A stretch of 64,000 nucleotides of DNA from Chrysomallon squamiferum. Lineage: Eukaryota > Animalia > Mollusca. The first letter of the stretch is position 1; every line of letters begins with the position of its first letter. The stretch is from NCBI GenBank assembly GCA_012295275.1, contig CM022671.1, positions 14,446,001 to 14,510,000 of the forward strand. Direction: 5' to 3'. The position numbers were made by a program, and so were the translations under genes. The notes under the pieces were generated by a model, which made no database searches, had not been told where the DNA came from, and was given only the letters and a program-made list of their open reading frames with translations. This document shows positions 27,173 to 39,443 of this stretch, piece after piece.

Positions 27173-28010
27173 TTAACGCTCCAAAACATCTTGGCACCAA
27201 ACACGAAAGACAGAGAGTTAGTCCTCGCTGCAGTAACAACATACATTCTGAGCACAAAATACCAACTTTAGACTCTTGGATTTGAAAGTTTGATTTTTTA
27301 TTTTTTATTTTTTTTTGTCTCAAAAACAAACAATTGAATGAATTTATTGACTTAAAGATTGATTGGTTGAACAGCTGATTGATTGACGAATCAATTTGAA
27401 TAGCCAATGAAATTAATAATTAAAAAAAAAAAATATATATAAATAAATAAATATACATACTTACTTTCAGACCATACTAACCCGGTTATCGGAATTTAAA
27501 AACTGTACATAATTAGTGCAAATAAGTTAATTACGTTCATGTTATTCGTTTTAGTTGCAAGTATATATAACTAGGTACATTCATAAAATTTCAAACTTTC
27601 AGATTTGGAACTGGAAGTGGATTAGTTAGAACAAATAAGGTATACTGAAGATAATTGTGCTTAAATTATTACAATATCTTATCTATAACTTGAGTTACAG
27701 TGATTTATGTACGTCGTGTTCGGTCAGTTTTTGTCCATTGTTTCAGTGCCTTTTCATTAATCAACTTGGTTCAGTATTTAGATTTTGGGAAAATTGTTAT
27801 GATAAAAATGATGATATTATTCTTATTTTTCATCAGAAACAATTCCATCTCATTAAGGTAATTTCGGAATCTAATGAAGAGGTCAAATTCCTACAATTAC
27901 TAACCAAAATTATTATAATGTTACCATAGCAACCATTCCTGAAATTTTGAAAATATGTAATTTTGTCTTAAAGATAATATTTTTACCTAAAATGTTAAGG
28001 AAATTGCTGA

Positions 28011-28260
28011 AATGAAAGTATTTTGGGTAAGAAACATATATGGTTCAAACTAATTAAGAAAAACATTAATAACACAATTTTTTGTTATGATGCAAATTTT
28101 TTATTATTTCAATTTAAGAATGTTTGAAAATAAATTTTTTTTGGTTCAGTTCTCTGGCAACTACAGTTGTAAAACTGCTGCAATGAAAGTATTTTGGGCA
28201 AGAAACATCATATATGGTTCAAACTAATTAGGAAAAACATTAATAACACAATTTTGTGTT
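28011..28260. repeat. Local ~70-bp direct repeat (two copies ~172 bp apart) downstream of the transposase remnant
   Basis: aatgaaagtattttgggtaagaaacatatatggttcaaactaattaagaaaaacattaataacacaatttt at about 28011 and 28182. Confidence 0.75.
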
Positions 28261-28334
28261 ACTCTGTGGTGAATTTTTATTATTTAAATTTAAATGAAAA
28301 GGTAAAAGAAAGTTAAATGCACATCCATAAAAAC

Positions 28335-31083
28335 TTAATTCCACTGACTTGTCATATCACCAATGTACATATCCGTCAGAATTTCGTCAGTTTGAAGATA
28401 GAATATCTCATCGTCTGTCTCGTCCTTGTCATAATCCATACAGAAGTTGAAATTCACCGCATTTTGTCTTTCCATCCACCACTGATTTAACTACCCTCCC
28501 ACAATAATCCTCTTCTATGTCATCAGAATTCCTCCACTTCTGAATAAATGACTGTCCAATGAGAACATCAGGGTTCATAAGAACTTGCAGAACACGTAGG
28601 GACCGCTCATCTAAGATTGGACAGTCTATCAGTTTTACTAGCTGGTCTTCAAGTTCGGACTTACCTGCATTGGAATATGGCGCCCTTGACACACCACTGT
28701 TTCTGAGGAGTTTATGTCTGACACTTACTTGTCGTTTCAGTGCATTTACTTTCTTGGCATTGGGCTTTAGAGACTTAGCTGATCTTGATTGGTCTGACTC
28801 CTTCCCCACAACCCACCAATATCAAGTAAGTCAAATGTTGATTCACCATATCTTCCTTTGCTATCGCTTTTGCCAGTGTCACACATGTTGTTTTCTCTTT
28901 TCTTTAGTCAAAGATTTGACCCATGATCTTGTTCTGTTCGACTTGAACGTAACCCTGGATTCCACCTTGGGAAGATTTGCATTTGGTGCACGATGTATGT
29001 ATGCATCAGCCATTCCAAACCTCTGTTCTGCTGTGATGTTGTGAGAAAGGCAGTTGGCACCTATCTTACTTACCTCTTCTGTTGGCTCCCAGAACTCACC
29101 ACCAGGGAGCTGATCCTTGAGTTGTCTGTCTATTATGTTGATAATATATTCAATGCATATTTTTAATAAAATAAACATGTCTGCATATTTTGGAGCATCT
29201 GGTGTGCAGATCAGTGCCACAAAAACTTGGTCTTTCTTCACAGGGATCTCATCAAACATGGATTCTGCCTTACCTGTAAGAAATTGTGTTGTGTCGGATC
29301 AACAATAAACTGAGCCAGTTTTGTTCTGGCCTGATTTAAGTAAGTGTTTAATGCAAGAATGTTCAGGTTCTTGCCATTCAAGCACATCCATGGCCCAGTT
29401 ATCTATTTCCAAATAAGTCCCCAAGTCCGCATAGTGGCCAAACAGTATCCCCCCCTTTAATCCATTTAAAACAGCTCTTTGTAAATCATTTGATGGCCGG
29501 TGAATAGTTGTAAAGAATTGTACTATTTCTCTGGTGTAATAAAATGCAAGGCCGGCATCTGGAAATAATATATAAAAACGATTTCCAATAAATCTGTAAA
29601 AATATACTTTCCTGTTGGAATCTTCCCTTGTCACCCTGCTGTTTTTCAGATGAACCTCCAAATCCTATTTAAGGCCACTTTTAGCATCATAAAAAAGCTT
29701 GCCAACAGGTCTTACCAAGGCTTTTGTACAGCTTTCACCATGAACTTCTAATAGGCAACCTTTCTCTTTTTTTCAGTATCCAGAAATCCATGGTCCTTTT
29801 CATACTCCAGAACAGCAGAATTGCAGTGATGGGCCATACTGTCAACGGGATGAAGTGAACATTTGAAGTGGAGGGCCTTTAATCCACATCCAGCTGCATT
29901 TGTCACACACTGATCTAACATAGCAACAGATGGAATCTGAGTTTCTGAAATGCTTTGAGTTACATCCAAAATGCTTTTAACATAATCAGAAGCACAGCCA
30001 CCACTTTGTTGCCTCATGCCCACAAGAAATATAAAGTCCTCTACTTCGGTGAAATGTTGTCCATGTTTTGTGGTACCATTGTATCTAAGGTTGACATCTT
30101 TTACTTGCTGCGGTGCCAATGACTTCATTTCACTACCCTTTCGGTTAACTGTTGTGTAACTTGGCAGGTCTCCTAGCTTTATTCCTGTGACAGTTTCCAC
30201 AGAAAACCGCAGTGCTTCAGTTGCATTGCTTTCTGACAAACCAAGGTCCGTCAGAAAGTAAATTGCCAAATTATAACATGAATTAAAGGTTTTGCCATCT
30301 TTTCTTGTCTCAATCACTGACCTCTGTCTCTTGAGCAACATCAAGTTCATTTTCTGTAGAATGTAGTTGTTGTTTCATCTCTGCCAGTTTCTTACTCATT
30401 TCTGTTTCAGCATGGGCATAAAATTCATTTAATTTTACAATTTCCTTCAAGGCCTTTATTTCAGATAGCAGCTGTTTAATGATACATTTTCAGATTTCTT
30501 TCTGTTTTTCCTTTATTATGTGATGTTTTCTGTTGCTTTAATAGGACAAAGTATTTGGCTTATTATGATTTTAAACTGTCTACCTTCCTGTCGAATTTCC
30601 TAACTACAAAACGTGAGGATGTGTCTAATCTCTTGGAAATTGCCTTCATATTATCTTTTATCTTGTCAAGTTCTTCCCCCTTCTTTTTAACAGATTCAAG
30701 TTCCTTCATTAATATGGATCGTTCTTTTGAAAATTCTCTTCGTTTCGCGTCAGTGTTATCTTTAACTTCATTAAGTTCCTTTCCCAAGCTGCCACTGCTA
30801 CAGAACATTAACTTGGACAGCAGCTATGCATCTGCTCAACAACAGGTCTATTTTGACACCGAGATTCAATCTTAGGCTTTGGAATTTGGTAAGGAGTATT
30901 TAACCAAGTTTCAAGTATTTTATGTCCAATTGGATGACTTGCTGAACAATTTTTCAGCAGCCTTTCTCGCTCTTGTTTGATCTTACTGAAACTGGTCTGC
31001 AATGTGTACGGTTTTATTCCATTACTCTGAAATAATGAAGTTACCAAATCTGTTAGAATGGCCCATGAAATATTTTTTTCCAT
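28335..31083 (-). mobile_element. Decayed intronless DDE-type DNA transposase (hAT-like CxxH group) with N-terminal coiled coil and a probable C-terminal Tudor-like domain
   Basis: Colinear minus-strand ORF pieces 30808-31083, 30563-30808, 29748-30350, 29299-29661, 28879-29259 and 28429-28809 are separated by frameshifts or stops. Motifs: LRYNGTTK (D-GTT-like), MLD, CSLH, GNRFYILF, HNITAEQRFG, APNAN...F-SNRT--W. No TIRs identified. Confidence 0.7.
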
Positions 31084-31697
31084 TTATTTTTATTAGAGTA
31101 AAAAGCTCCAGATAAATTTCATTTGTGAACTTGTCTGGACTCAGAGCACAGAACCTAATGATTTCATCAGCCGTTATGATTATACAATTGAAAATTTATT
31201 TAAAGGCTTTGATGATCAAAGTGTTAAGTGGTGCAGAGTAGTGATAAAAGGCTAAAAAATAGAACTAATCACTAAAAACACAACATTCTAATATGTTGAT
31301 GTACCTATACCAACAGTGTTTGAATAGAATTATAATGTAATTAGTATACACCTAAAACACATTATATGCCTTTGACGTTCACAATCGTTCAGAAGTAACT
31401 GACCTCTTAAACTATTATAGGAACTTCAAAAACTTAACCACATAAAGTGTTCATTAACACAACTTTAAAGTTGTGTGTTTAGAAATTCTCTGTTTTATGG
31501 GGGAATCAACAAAAAACATTCTGTTAACTTATTATTAATAAATTTATAAATAAAATTTTATTAATTTGGTTTTGTAGGAAGTTTAGGTGGTCAGGTTATA
31601 AGTAAATTGTAGTTTTATTTCATTTCTTCCCACAACTGGCAATTGTTTTTAATATACAATTATTACATCTGCCCACTTTATCTGTTTAGAGCTAACC

Positions 31698-34600
31698 ATG
31701 GCCAACAGCCAGACTCTTCCTGAACAAGAGACACCTTATCAACTGACAAACACAACGAAGATATTGACAGAAAAACAAAAGATTTGATTAAACTATTGAA
31801 GTTATCTGAATGTAAAGAACACAGCAAAGTTGCAGGGGAACTGGAGGTGAGTGGAGATAATGTCAAAGTAACAGTATGGACAAAAAATAACCAGTGACTG
31901 TTTTATCATTTGTGTGTCCTGACATATTCTTAATGTTTTAATACACTGAATATATAATTTCCATTACATTTTACATGTCTAACATTAATTTAAACGATAG
32001 TGTTATATAGTGTAGTTATTATATATATTTCTGGATATTATTATTTCAATTGTTTAATTTTGTTATGTTGCAGTACTTAAGAAGATAAGATGACAGGACT
32101 ATTTTAATTGTTTAAAATTAATTTATTTCGGAGAGTCTGTATGTTAATAACTGACCTTGGATGACTTGCATCTTCTTTCATATTCTTTTATTTATTGCAG
32201 TCGTTTTTGGAAAAGTATAGTCTGACACATATAGGAGAAAACTTCTGCTTGTTCAGCAATATTTCTAACGATTTGTCTAATGAACAAAAGAAAGGTGTTG
32301 TTAGGCTGTGGAAGTGGCACTGTGATAAAAGGGGTGGAATTCTTGCTAATGATTCAAAGTAACTTAACTTTATTAGTTAAAAAAAAAATTCATTAAGATT
32401 TTATTATTAATCTCCATTCATTACATTGTGTTTAAATGCAAAACAAAGTTAATTATGAAAATACATGATCATATACAGCGTGTAAAAAAACAACAACCCC
32501 AAAACCTGTTTGCTGATTATTACATTTTTAAAATTAATATTATTTACTTATATATTTATTTATTTATTTTTACTTTTATTTTTTTTTTTTTCAGAAATCT
32601 AAATCTTTTCTTGAAGGAAGTGTTATTTAATTCTTGCTTTAGAAAGTTTTATTGAACAGCATTATTATATCATTTTTAAAAAACTGGTTGTTTTATATGT
32701 CACTTGTTTGAACATATATTTTCATCTCATTATTTTGTGTTTTCAGGACTGAAATGATTTACCAGGTGACAACATTTCTCATTAGAATGTTTGACATGGA
32801 CAAAATAAAAACTGTTCTAATTGTCTCTTCAGAGATAAAAACATGGCTTGCCAGATTCAAGAACTGGTATTTCTGTTCCTTGCTTAATTATTTAAAAATA
32901 TTCTTAATGTTTCTATATCTGTTTGTTTGGTTAATCAGGCAAAACAAGATATTATATTATTGTTTTAAAAAATATATTTGCTAATTTTTCATTTCATTAA
33001 ACAAAATTTTAATGTTGAAGGAAGTACACTGCCTCAAATTACATTATTTACCAGTTTTCAGTTTTTTACTTTTATTATGTTATTAGGACTGGTAAAATCA
33101 AAGTAGCAGAATACAAATCAGGAAACAAAAATAATTGCATGGAAGTCATTCACAAGAAAAATGGAGTTCTGTTGGTAGAACATAAAATTGTTCACACAGC
33201 AATAGAGCAGTTGACACAACACAATAACGACACTTTTACGTGGGTCAGTTGAACAATCACTCAGTAAAACATTTTAAAAAATGTTATTTTAGATAGTTAA
33301 AGTTTAGAGACTCAAAATTCAGAATGTTTTTTGTTTTTCATTCAACATTAATTGTAGTTATATGTGACTGTTTGATTTTATAAAATGAAAAGATCCTTTG
33401 CTTGTTAAAAGTAAGAGAAACTTGTAAGCATGTTAACATTGTGAGTTGTTAAATATTATTGTGAGAATTTCATTACTGAAGTGTGTTTTTCTGTTTGTTC
33501 TAGGACTATATTATATTAGGTGATGGCAACAAAATAAAAATAACCTCTAAGAGCACTAAAGCTGTCAATGCCATTTCTGCAGAAAATTCTATTATTTTAA
33601 CAGATTCTTCAATAAAAGAAAATCAACATGTAAGTATTGTTTTTCTGAAAACGAAAAATTATGTAATGAGTTTGGTTCATTTGTATGTGGGTGAAATGTA
33701 AAGAATATTTTCAAATTTTATAACTCATGTATTAGAATAGAAAAGGTTTAATTTCAGTATATTTATCTTTCAGGAATTGTGGAATCTTTTTCGTTTTGTA
33801 GGTGTGGAGGGATTGCCAGAAACAGAAATAAAATTCAACAAAATGTATAAAAAGCTGATTCAAAACGTGAGATTTTGATTTAATTTTTTTGTTGAAAAAT
33901 TTCTTCTTTCATTTTATAATGCCTTAATAGAGAAATTGAAAATGAAGTTGTTAAATTGTTTTAATTTTATCAGTACCATATAAATTGATGCAATAAAAAA
34001 GAAAATTATTACAATCTTGTTTACATTTCCTCTCTGTCTTTATAAGTAACAATTTTTTTTTTAATGCTGTTGTCTTTAAATGTTTTTTGCTTTTCAGTAA
34101 TTATATGTTAAAATGGTATTCTTCAGGTGTAGTTTTTCAATCATTATTATTATAGTAATACTGTTGTTAAATAAATGAAACAGTTTTCTTGTTCTGTAAT
34201 TAATCAATTTTATTTTTATAATGGAAATTTTTTAGTCAAAAGATAAAGAAAAGGCACAATCTGCTAAACGTGAGCTCAGAGAGATTACTGAGCCTTATAT
34301 ACTATATCAGTAAGTACAGATTTTTGAGGGAATTTATTTAATTATGTCAAAAATGTAATTTTAAAACCCCCCCAAAGACACTGGTTTTTTTGGGGGGGGT
34401 TGCAAGGTCTTTTTTAAATTGTTTAAGGCAGAATGTGTACATCATTGAATAAAATATAACTTGCTGATAAAAGTAATGTTTGCAGAAATACCTCTGTGAT
34501 ATTTTTCTTCTGTTATACAAAGAATATTGGCATATATTTAGTTTAATATGATTTTAACCTTTTTTGTGCCTTGCAACAGAAAACGAACAATTTCATTTCA

Positions 34601-37600
34601 TTAATTTATTAAATTTCTCTCTCATATACAAAGAATATTGTCATATATTTAGTTTAATGTGATTTCAACCAGTTTTGTGCCTATTGGCAACAAATGCTAG
34701 TATTAAATCAAATCTTTACATTGTTGACATTGGGAACAATTAAGGATACATTTTGTTTCTTCCACTTTATTTTATACTACAAATCCACTGTTTTGGGGGT
34801 CTTTTTGTTAGCTCTGACTCTGGAATAATGAATACCCATGCCAGGAATTCTAAAGGAAAACCCAACATTTGTCAAGTATCAATTTCTTGAGACTTGTATC
34901 CTTCAGGTTAAATGTAGTACAATCAGTGAAATAAGTAGTGATTTTAAAAGCATTTATAGCATCCCCTCTGTTTTAACAGCTCCTGAAAGGGATACTTTCA
35001 TAAGATCGAGAATCATTGATTAATATATATATATGCAGATCTTAGATTCAGAACTAAAACTGAAATTCTCACCATCTTTGATTAAAGATTGTCAGATCGC
35101 TAGTATCTGTAAGTGGTAGCAACTGTTTCAAGACATCACAAACAAATGCTAGAAAACTGGAATGCTGTTTCACTGTCTTAAAATTTAAACTTTATTTTAA
35201 TGTAGCATAACCTACTGAACTAACAAAGCAAAGTGTTTTCCCCAGTTACTAATTACAGCCTAATGTTTCCAGGTATACATATCACTAAAGTAGTAAATAT
35301 TCTTTAAACATTGTTTCAAATAATGTGAAACATTATGGTCTAAAAATATACTGAGACACTGTCAGAATTTCGTAAATTTGCTTTGTAAGTAAGCTTCATC
35401 TCTGAATCTTTGAAGGTGCTGATTAACAAACTGATTATACCTGGCATCAAATTGGTGCAGGATTTGCTTTTTTTTTTTCACCTGCAATAAAATGATACAG
35501 ATATGATTAACGAATTCTTGAATTATAAATTAGCACCATAATCATTAACTTTTAGAGATTTTAGTTATTTTTAATTGCACTGTTTTATAGATTATAAATA
35601 TATATTGTTATTTTAATTTTTTTATTATGTAAAGATTATTCATTTGTTAATATTGTTTTCAGTTTGAAGATTCACACTGGTTTATTAGCTGCTCTTGGTA
35701 TTTACAAAATCCATATCAAAAACAATTTAACATTTCTAGTAATTCTTTTGTTAATCTATTTGTTTTCTTCTTTTATTTCATACAACTAAAGTTGCATGTT
35801 TGCCAGATTATCTGGCAGGTGTCAGATTTGGGGACATCAGGGGACAGAACTAATGACTCGTCTTTGATTAGCACATTGAGTCAGGGAGGGTGTCGCTAGG
35901 TGTATACACATTGAATTATGTTTAAATTTTTTCTTTTTTAAATTATTATTATCATGATTATTATTATTATTACTTTTTTTGGGGGGGGGCTTGATAATTT
36001 ACACACATACATATATAAAACAGTTATAAGTGTTATAAAATACCAAATAAGAATAACGTTTTTACTTGTTTACTTGGTAGATTTTTAAAATAATTATAAA
36101 AACAATAAAAAATAATTATTAAAAAAAAAAAAAAAATGTAATTATAATCCAGTTATAAACTTGTATATAATTATTTTATTAAATTACACAAAAATATAAA
36201 TTATAGCAATATTATTTCAGCCCAGAACATACTAGTGAGTGTGATAGTGCATAAATTAAAGACCCAGTACATCTCTTGAACAATATATATTTGTTAGGCA
36301 AAACAGGTTATGTATTCCAGTGAAAATCATTTTCATTGTGACTTCAGTGTTTATGGTCCATAAACAGCTTGCTTCATTTATCATGATGATTCTAAAAAAC
36401 ATCTTTTCAGAAATTTTCTCTGCTTTTTGAGGAAGTCAAAGTATATTATTAATACAGAAATGAAAAATAAGTAGTAAATTGTATTGTCTTTGTTTTGTAT
36501 GCTGGCATTTAATTGGTTCAGAATTATTTTGACCACCAACAGCTAGATGCCAGAACAAGAAAAGCATTAGTGTAGTTTATTTATTAGTAATCAATTTGTA
36601 CAGTTTTAATATAATTATACTGTCGATATTACATTAGTATTTTTTACTGCCATTATTTCATACAAAATGCAATAATTGTATTTTGTTTCTTTTTTTAAAA
36701 ATTCCCTCTGTAACAGGAAATGAGTATGGCTTTCTTTTTCTTTCCTCCATTATCTCTGTAATAGAATTACTTTTTTGTTCAATTTTAAAATAAAACTAAA
36801 TGTATCATCTTTTATTGTCTTCCTTTCTTGCTTTGTTGTTATTAGCAAGATAAGATATTGATCGCACTTAATGTTGTTTTTTTAAATTATTTTTAATTTT
36901 TTTACACTGAATAATAAATTAAAACTTACAGAGACTCTGGTGAAACAAAATCAGACACTTCAGAAGATTCAACACAAGAACAGCTGAAGGAAATGGATCA
37001 CGGTAAGTGCAAATCTGATGTTAGTCTGAATTATCACATAGCATTTCTATGTTCTGAGAGGTTCCAGTATAATAGCTGTGAGTTATTTCAATACCTTTAT
37101 TAAATGTTAATTTTGCTGACACACACACACACGAAGTAAATTATTATTTTTTTTTTTGCAGAAATAAACTTTTCAGATAACAAAAAATATGCATAATACA
37201 AGTTAACCTGGCAGTTAAAACAGCATTGGAATTTACCAACAATCCTAAACGAGTTTGAAGTAACCCATCATCTAATCCATTGAATCAAAAAAAAAACGCT
37301 AACAGAATATACTTAAATTGGTTAAATACCTAAATAAGCAGGTAAAGCAAAATAAGCAGCATAATATAGAATTAGTTACTGTCATCGTAAATCTAACAGG
37401 AAACATTAACTTTTTAATAGCTGCCAAAAAGTCACTATTGAACTGAGGCCTTTTTTTCCACCCCTCAACCCAAAGGCTCAATAATGGCATAATGGACTTG
37501 GCTATTTTTGAACATAAAATGAAATTAGCTGGTTATTTTAGAAATATTTTTATTATTTGGCAACATCCTAAAGATGAATGAGTGAATGTTTTTGGATTAT

Positions 37601-39061
37601 TAAATCAACAAAATGGTAATATTAGGCATACGGTTCTATCCATTTTTGATGTTCTTTATTAGCAGATTTGTGTTAATAACCATGGCTTTTGTTCAAAGAT
37701 TATTCAGGCTTTTGAGTTTGGCTATGTAAATGATGATGATGTTGATCAAGATAAGGAGAATGAAGGGGGAAATGTATCAGTTGATTGAAAACAGGAATTT
37801 TCATTATAACTGTATAATTTTTTACACAGTTGCAAAATGCTGTATACCCAGGCAGGGTGCAAATCAATTTTAATTTTAAGAAGTATCTTTAAAAGCCAGT
37901 TGTATATGTTCATTATCATAATAGGTTTTGTATCAGAAAAAATAAAATAATATAAAAATACATTTAAACATATTTATATAATTTTTCTTATGTTTGTTCA
38001 GTTGATGTAAAAACTGAAGAATCTTTAAAGAAGACAAATGATGGAAAACAGGATCAGGATGATAGCTGCTTTGTTGATGGTGAGGAGAATGAATGTTCTG
38101 GTCTGTACACAAACTGCAGTATAAATACAGGACACTGGCTAGAAATTAATCATGAAAATTTTGGATTTTTAGAAAAGTTAGGAAAAAATGTATCGATTCA
38201 CTGAAAACAAGAATTTTCATAATAGCTGTGTAACTTTTCACACATTTGCAAAATGCTGTTATACCAATGCAGGAAGCAAATAAATTTTAAAAAGTATCAT
38301 TTAATGCCATTAGTTGATGTACACAAGCCAGTTATCATAATAGTTTTAAATAGCTGTGGCAGACTGCTTTAGGTTTTTTAATGCAGCATGTCCATATTTG
38401 AAAGGTTTACTGTTAAAATTGTAAAGATGCAGGATAATAAATATCAGGTGATATTTGCTAACAGAGTATTGTGCAAAATTATTCAGTCTCAGGAGAATTT
38501 GATGTTTGACCTAAAGAACTTCGCCTGCTGAAATAATTGTTTAAATGTTGTTAACATTATTTACTGTGTTTGAACTGCAAGAAGTACATTTTAAGTAAAA
38601 TAATTTTTATGATGTTAATTAAATTTTCACATTTTTCATTTTGAAGATTTTGATGAAGATGAAGATGATGAAAAAAATTCTGAGGGAAAAGCCAGGTAAA
38701 TAATAATATAAAACATGTTAAAAATAATTTTTTCTTTTGTTACATGCCACCAGAAAAATATTTATGATATTGAAATAAAGTAACACTGTTCATAATAAGT
38801 TTTCAAAAACATTGTAAAGGATTAAATATTGATTGGTTACTTTAAAATTTAACATTAAGATAAAAAGTTGTAAAAAAAAACCTGTAAATAAATGTGAATA
38901 TTATAGAAAAATCAGGTTACATTGATGATTGTTTTTTTTTTTTTTTTTTTTTTTTGATACGTTTCAGGAATTCAGAAATTACTATAACAGAACACAAGAC
39001 CATTCATAGAAAAAAGACAATCACCAAAACACCCATAAAAGCTGAGAACAAGAACAGTTAA
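31698..39061 (+). CDS. Diverged, truncated ERCC6L paralog (~396 aa) with degenerate ATPase motifs; one apparent 1-nt frameshift in the first coding exon, so it may be a young pseudogene
   Basis: Exons 31698-31846, 32201-32358, 32747-32866, 33087-33243, 33504-33629, 33774-33866, 34236-34309, 36932-37002, 38002-38100, 38647-38695, 38968-39061 (TAA). All introns are GT-AG and the frame is open from exon 2 to the stop. The product follows the SNF2_N lobe of PICH: LSNEQKKGVVRLW..RGGILANDSK, MFDMDKIKTVLIV, TFTW|DYIILGDGNKIK, IILTDSSIKEN, ELWNLFRF, ITEPYIL. The 3' exons and introns align at DNA level with ERCC6L 4340-5633. Confidence 0.8.
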
Positions 39062-39190
39062 AGCTTTGGAAAAAAACAAACATTAAAGCTTGAATGTATA
39101 CACGTATATTTGTTTCTAAAATATTTACCACCCTCATGAACTTAGCTGTCAGCAGTCACTGGAATTATGTAATCTTGATTCTGAAACAAT
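37655..39190 (+). repeat. Segments paralogous to the ERCC6L 3' region in this window
   Basis: 37655-37720 matches 570-633; 37770-37925 and 38190-38640 match 4890-5320; 37957-38190 matches 4341-4900 without the acidic repeat; 38641-38967 matches 5322-5633; 39141-39187 matches 6555-6600. Confidence 0.85.
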
Positions 39191-39443
39191 TAGAAAAGTG
39201 ATCAAACATGCAAAGAATAATTTGATGGATGTTTTTTTGTAAATAATGATAATAAAAATTAAAATGTTATAATAAAAACAAATTGTATAAACCATTTGTT
39301 TGATAATAAAATTTATAATAAATAATTATTTATACAGCATATTGTAATGGGGCCATCGTTTCAGTAAATCAAAACATTGTTCAATCATAAAATAATAAAC
39401 TACTTGGATTTCAGGCACTGTTAACCCAGTATAAAGTTAACTT

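Noticed and set aside
28559-29044. 161-aa plus-strand ORF
   Set aside because: Antisense to the transposase remnant; no independent coding signal.
27870-31410. Possible transposon TIRs (aagaggtca / tgacctctt)
   Set aside because: Only a 9-bp inverted match, with no extension or TSD.
31721-31723. In-frame TGA as selenocysteine in the paralog
   Set aside because: No SECIS identified and no Cys-equivalent catalytic position; a 1-nt indel after the Kozak ATG is simpler.
34364-34401. poly-C/poly-G hairpin, and the palindrome tgccagattatctggca near 35801-35817
   Set aside because: Short, low-complexity intronic inverted repeats with no supporting element structure.
35663-35697. Candidate extra paralog exon (LKIHTGLLAAL)
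   Set aside because: Has AG/GT ends, but its exit phase is incompatible with the next exon (leads to a stop); at most a relic.
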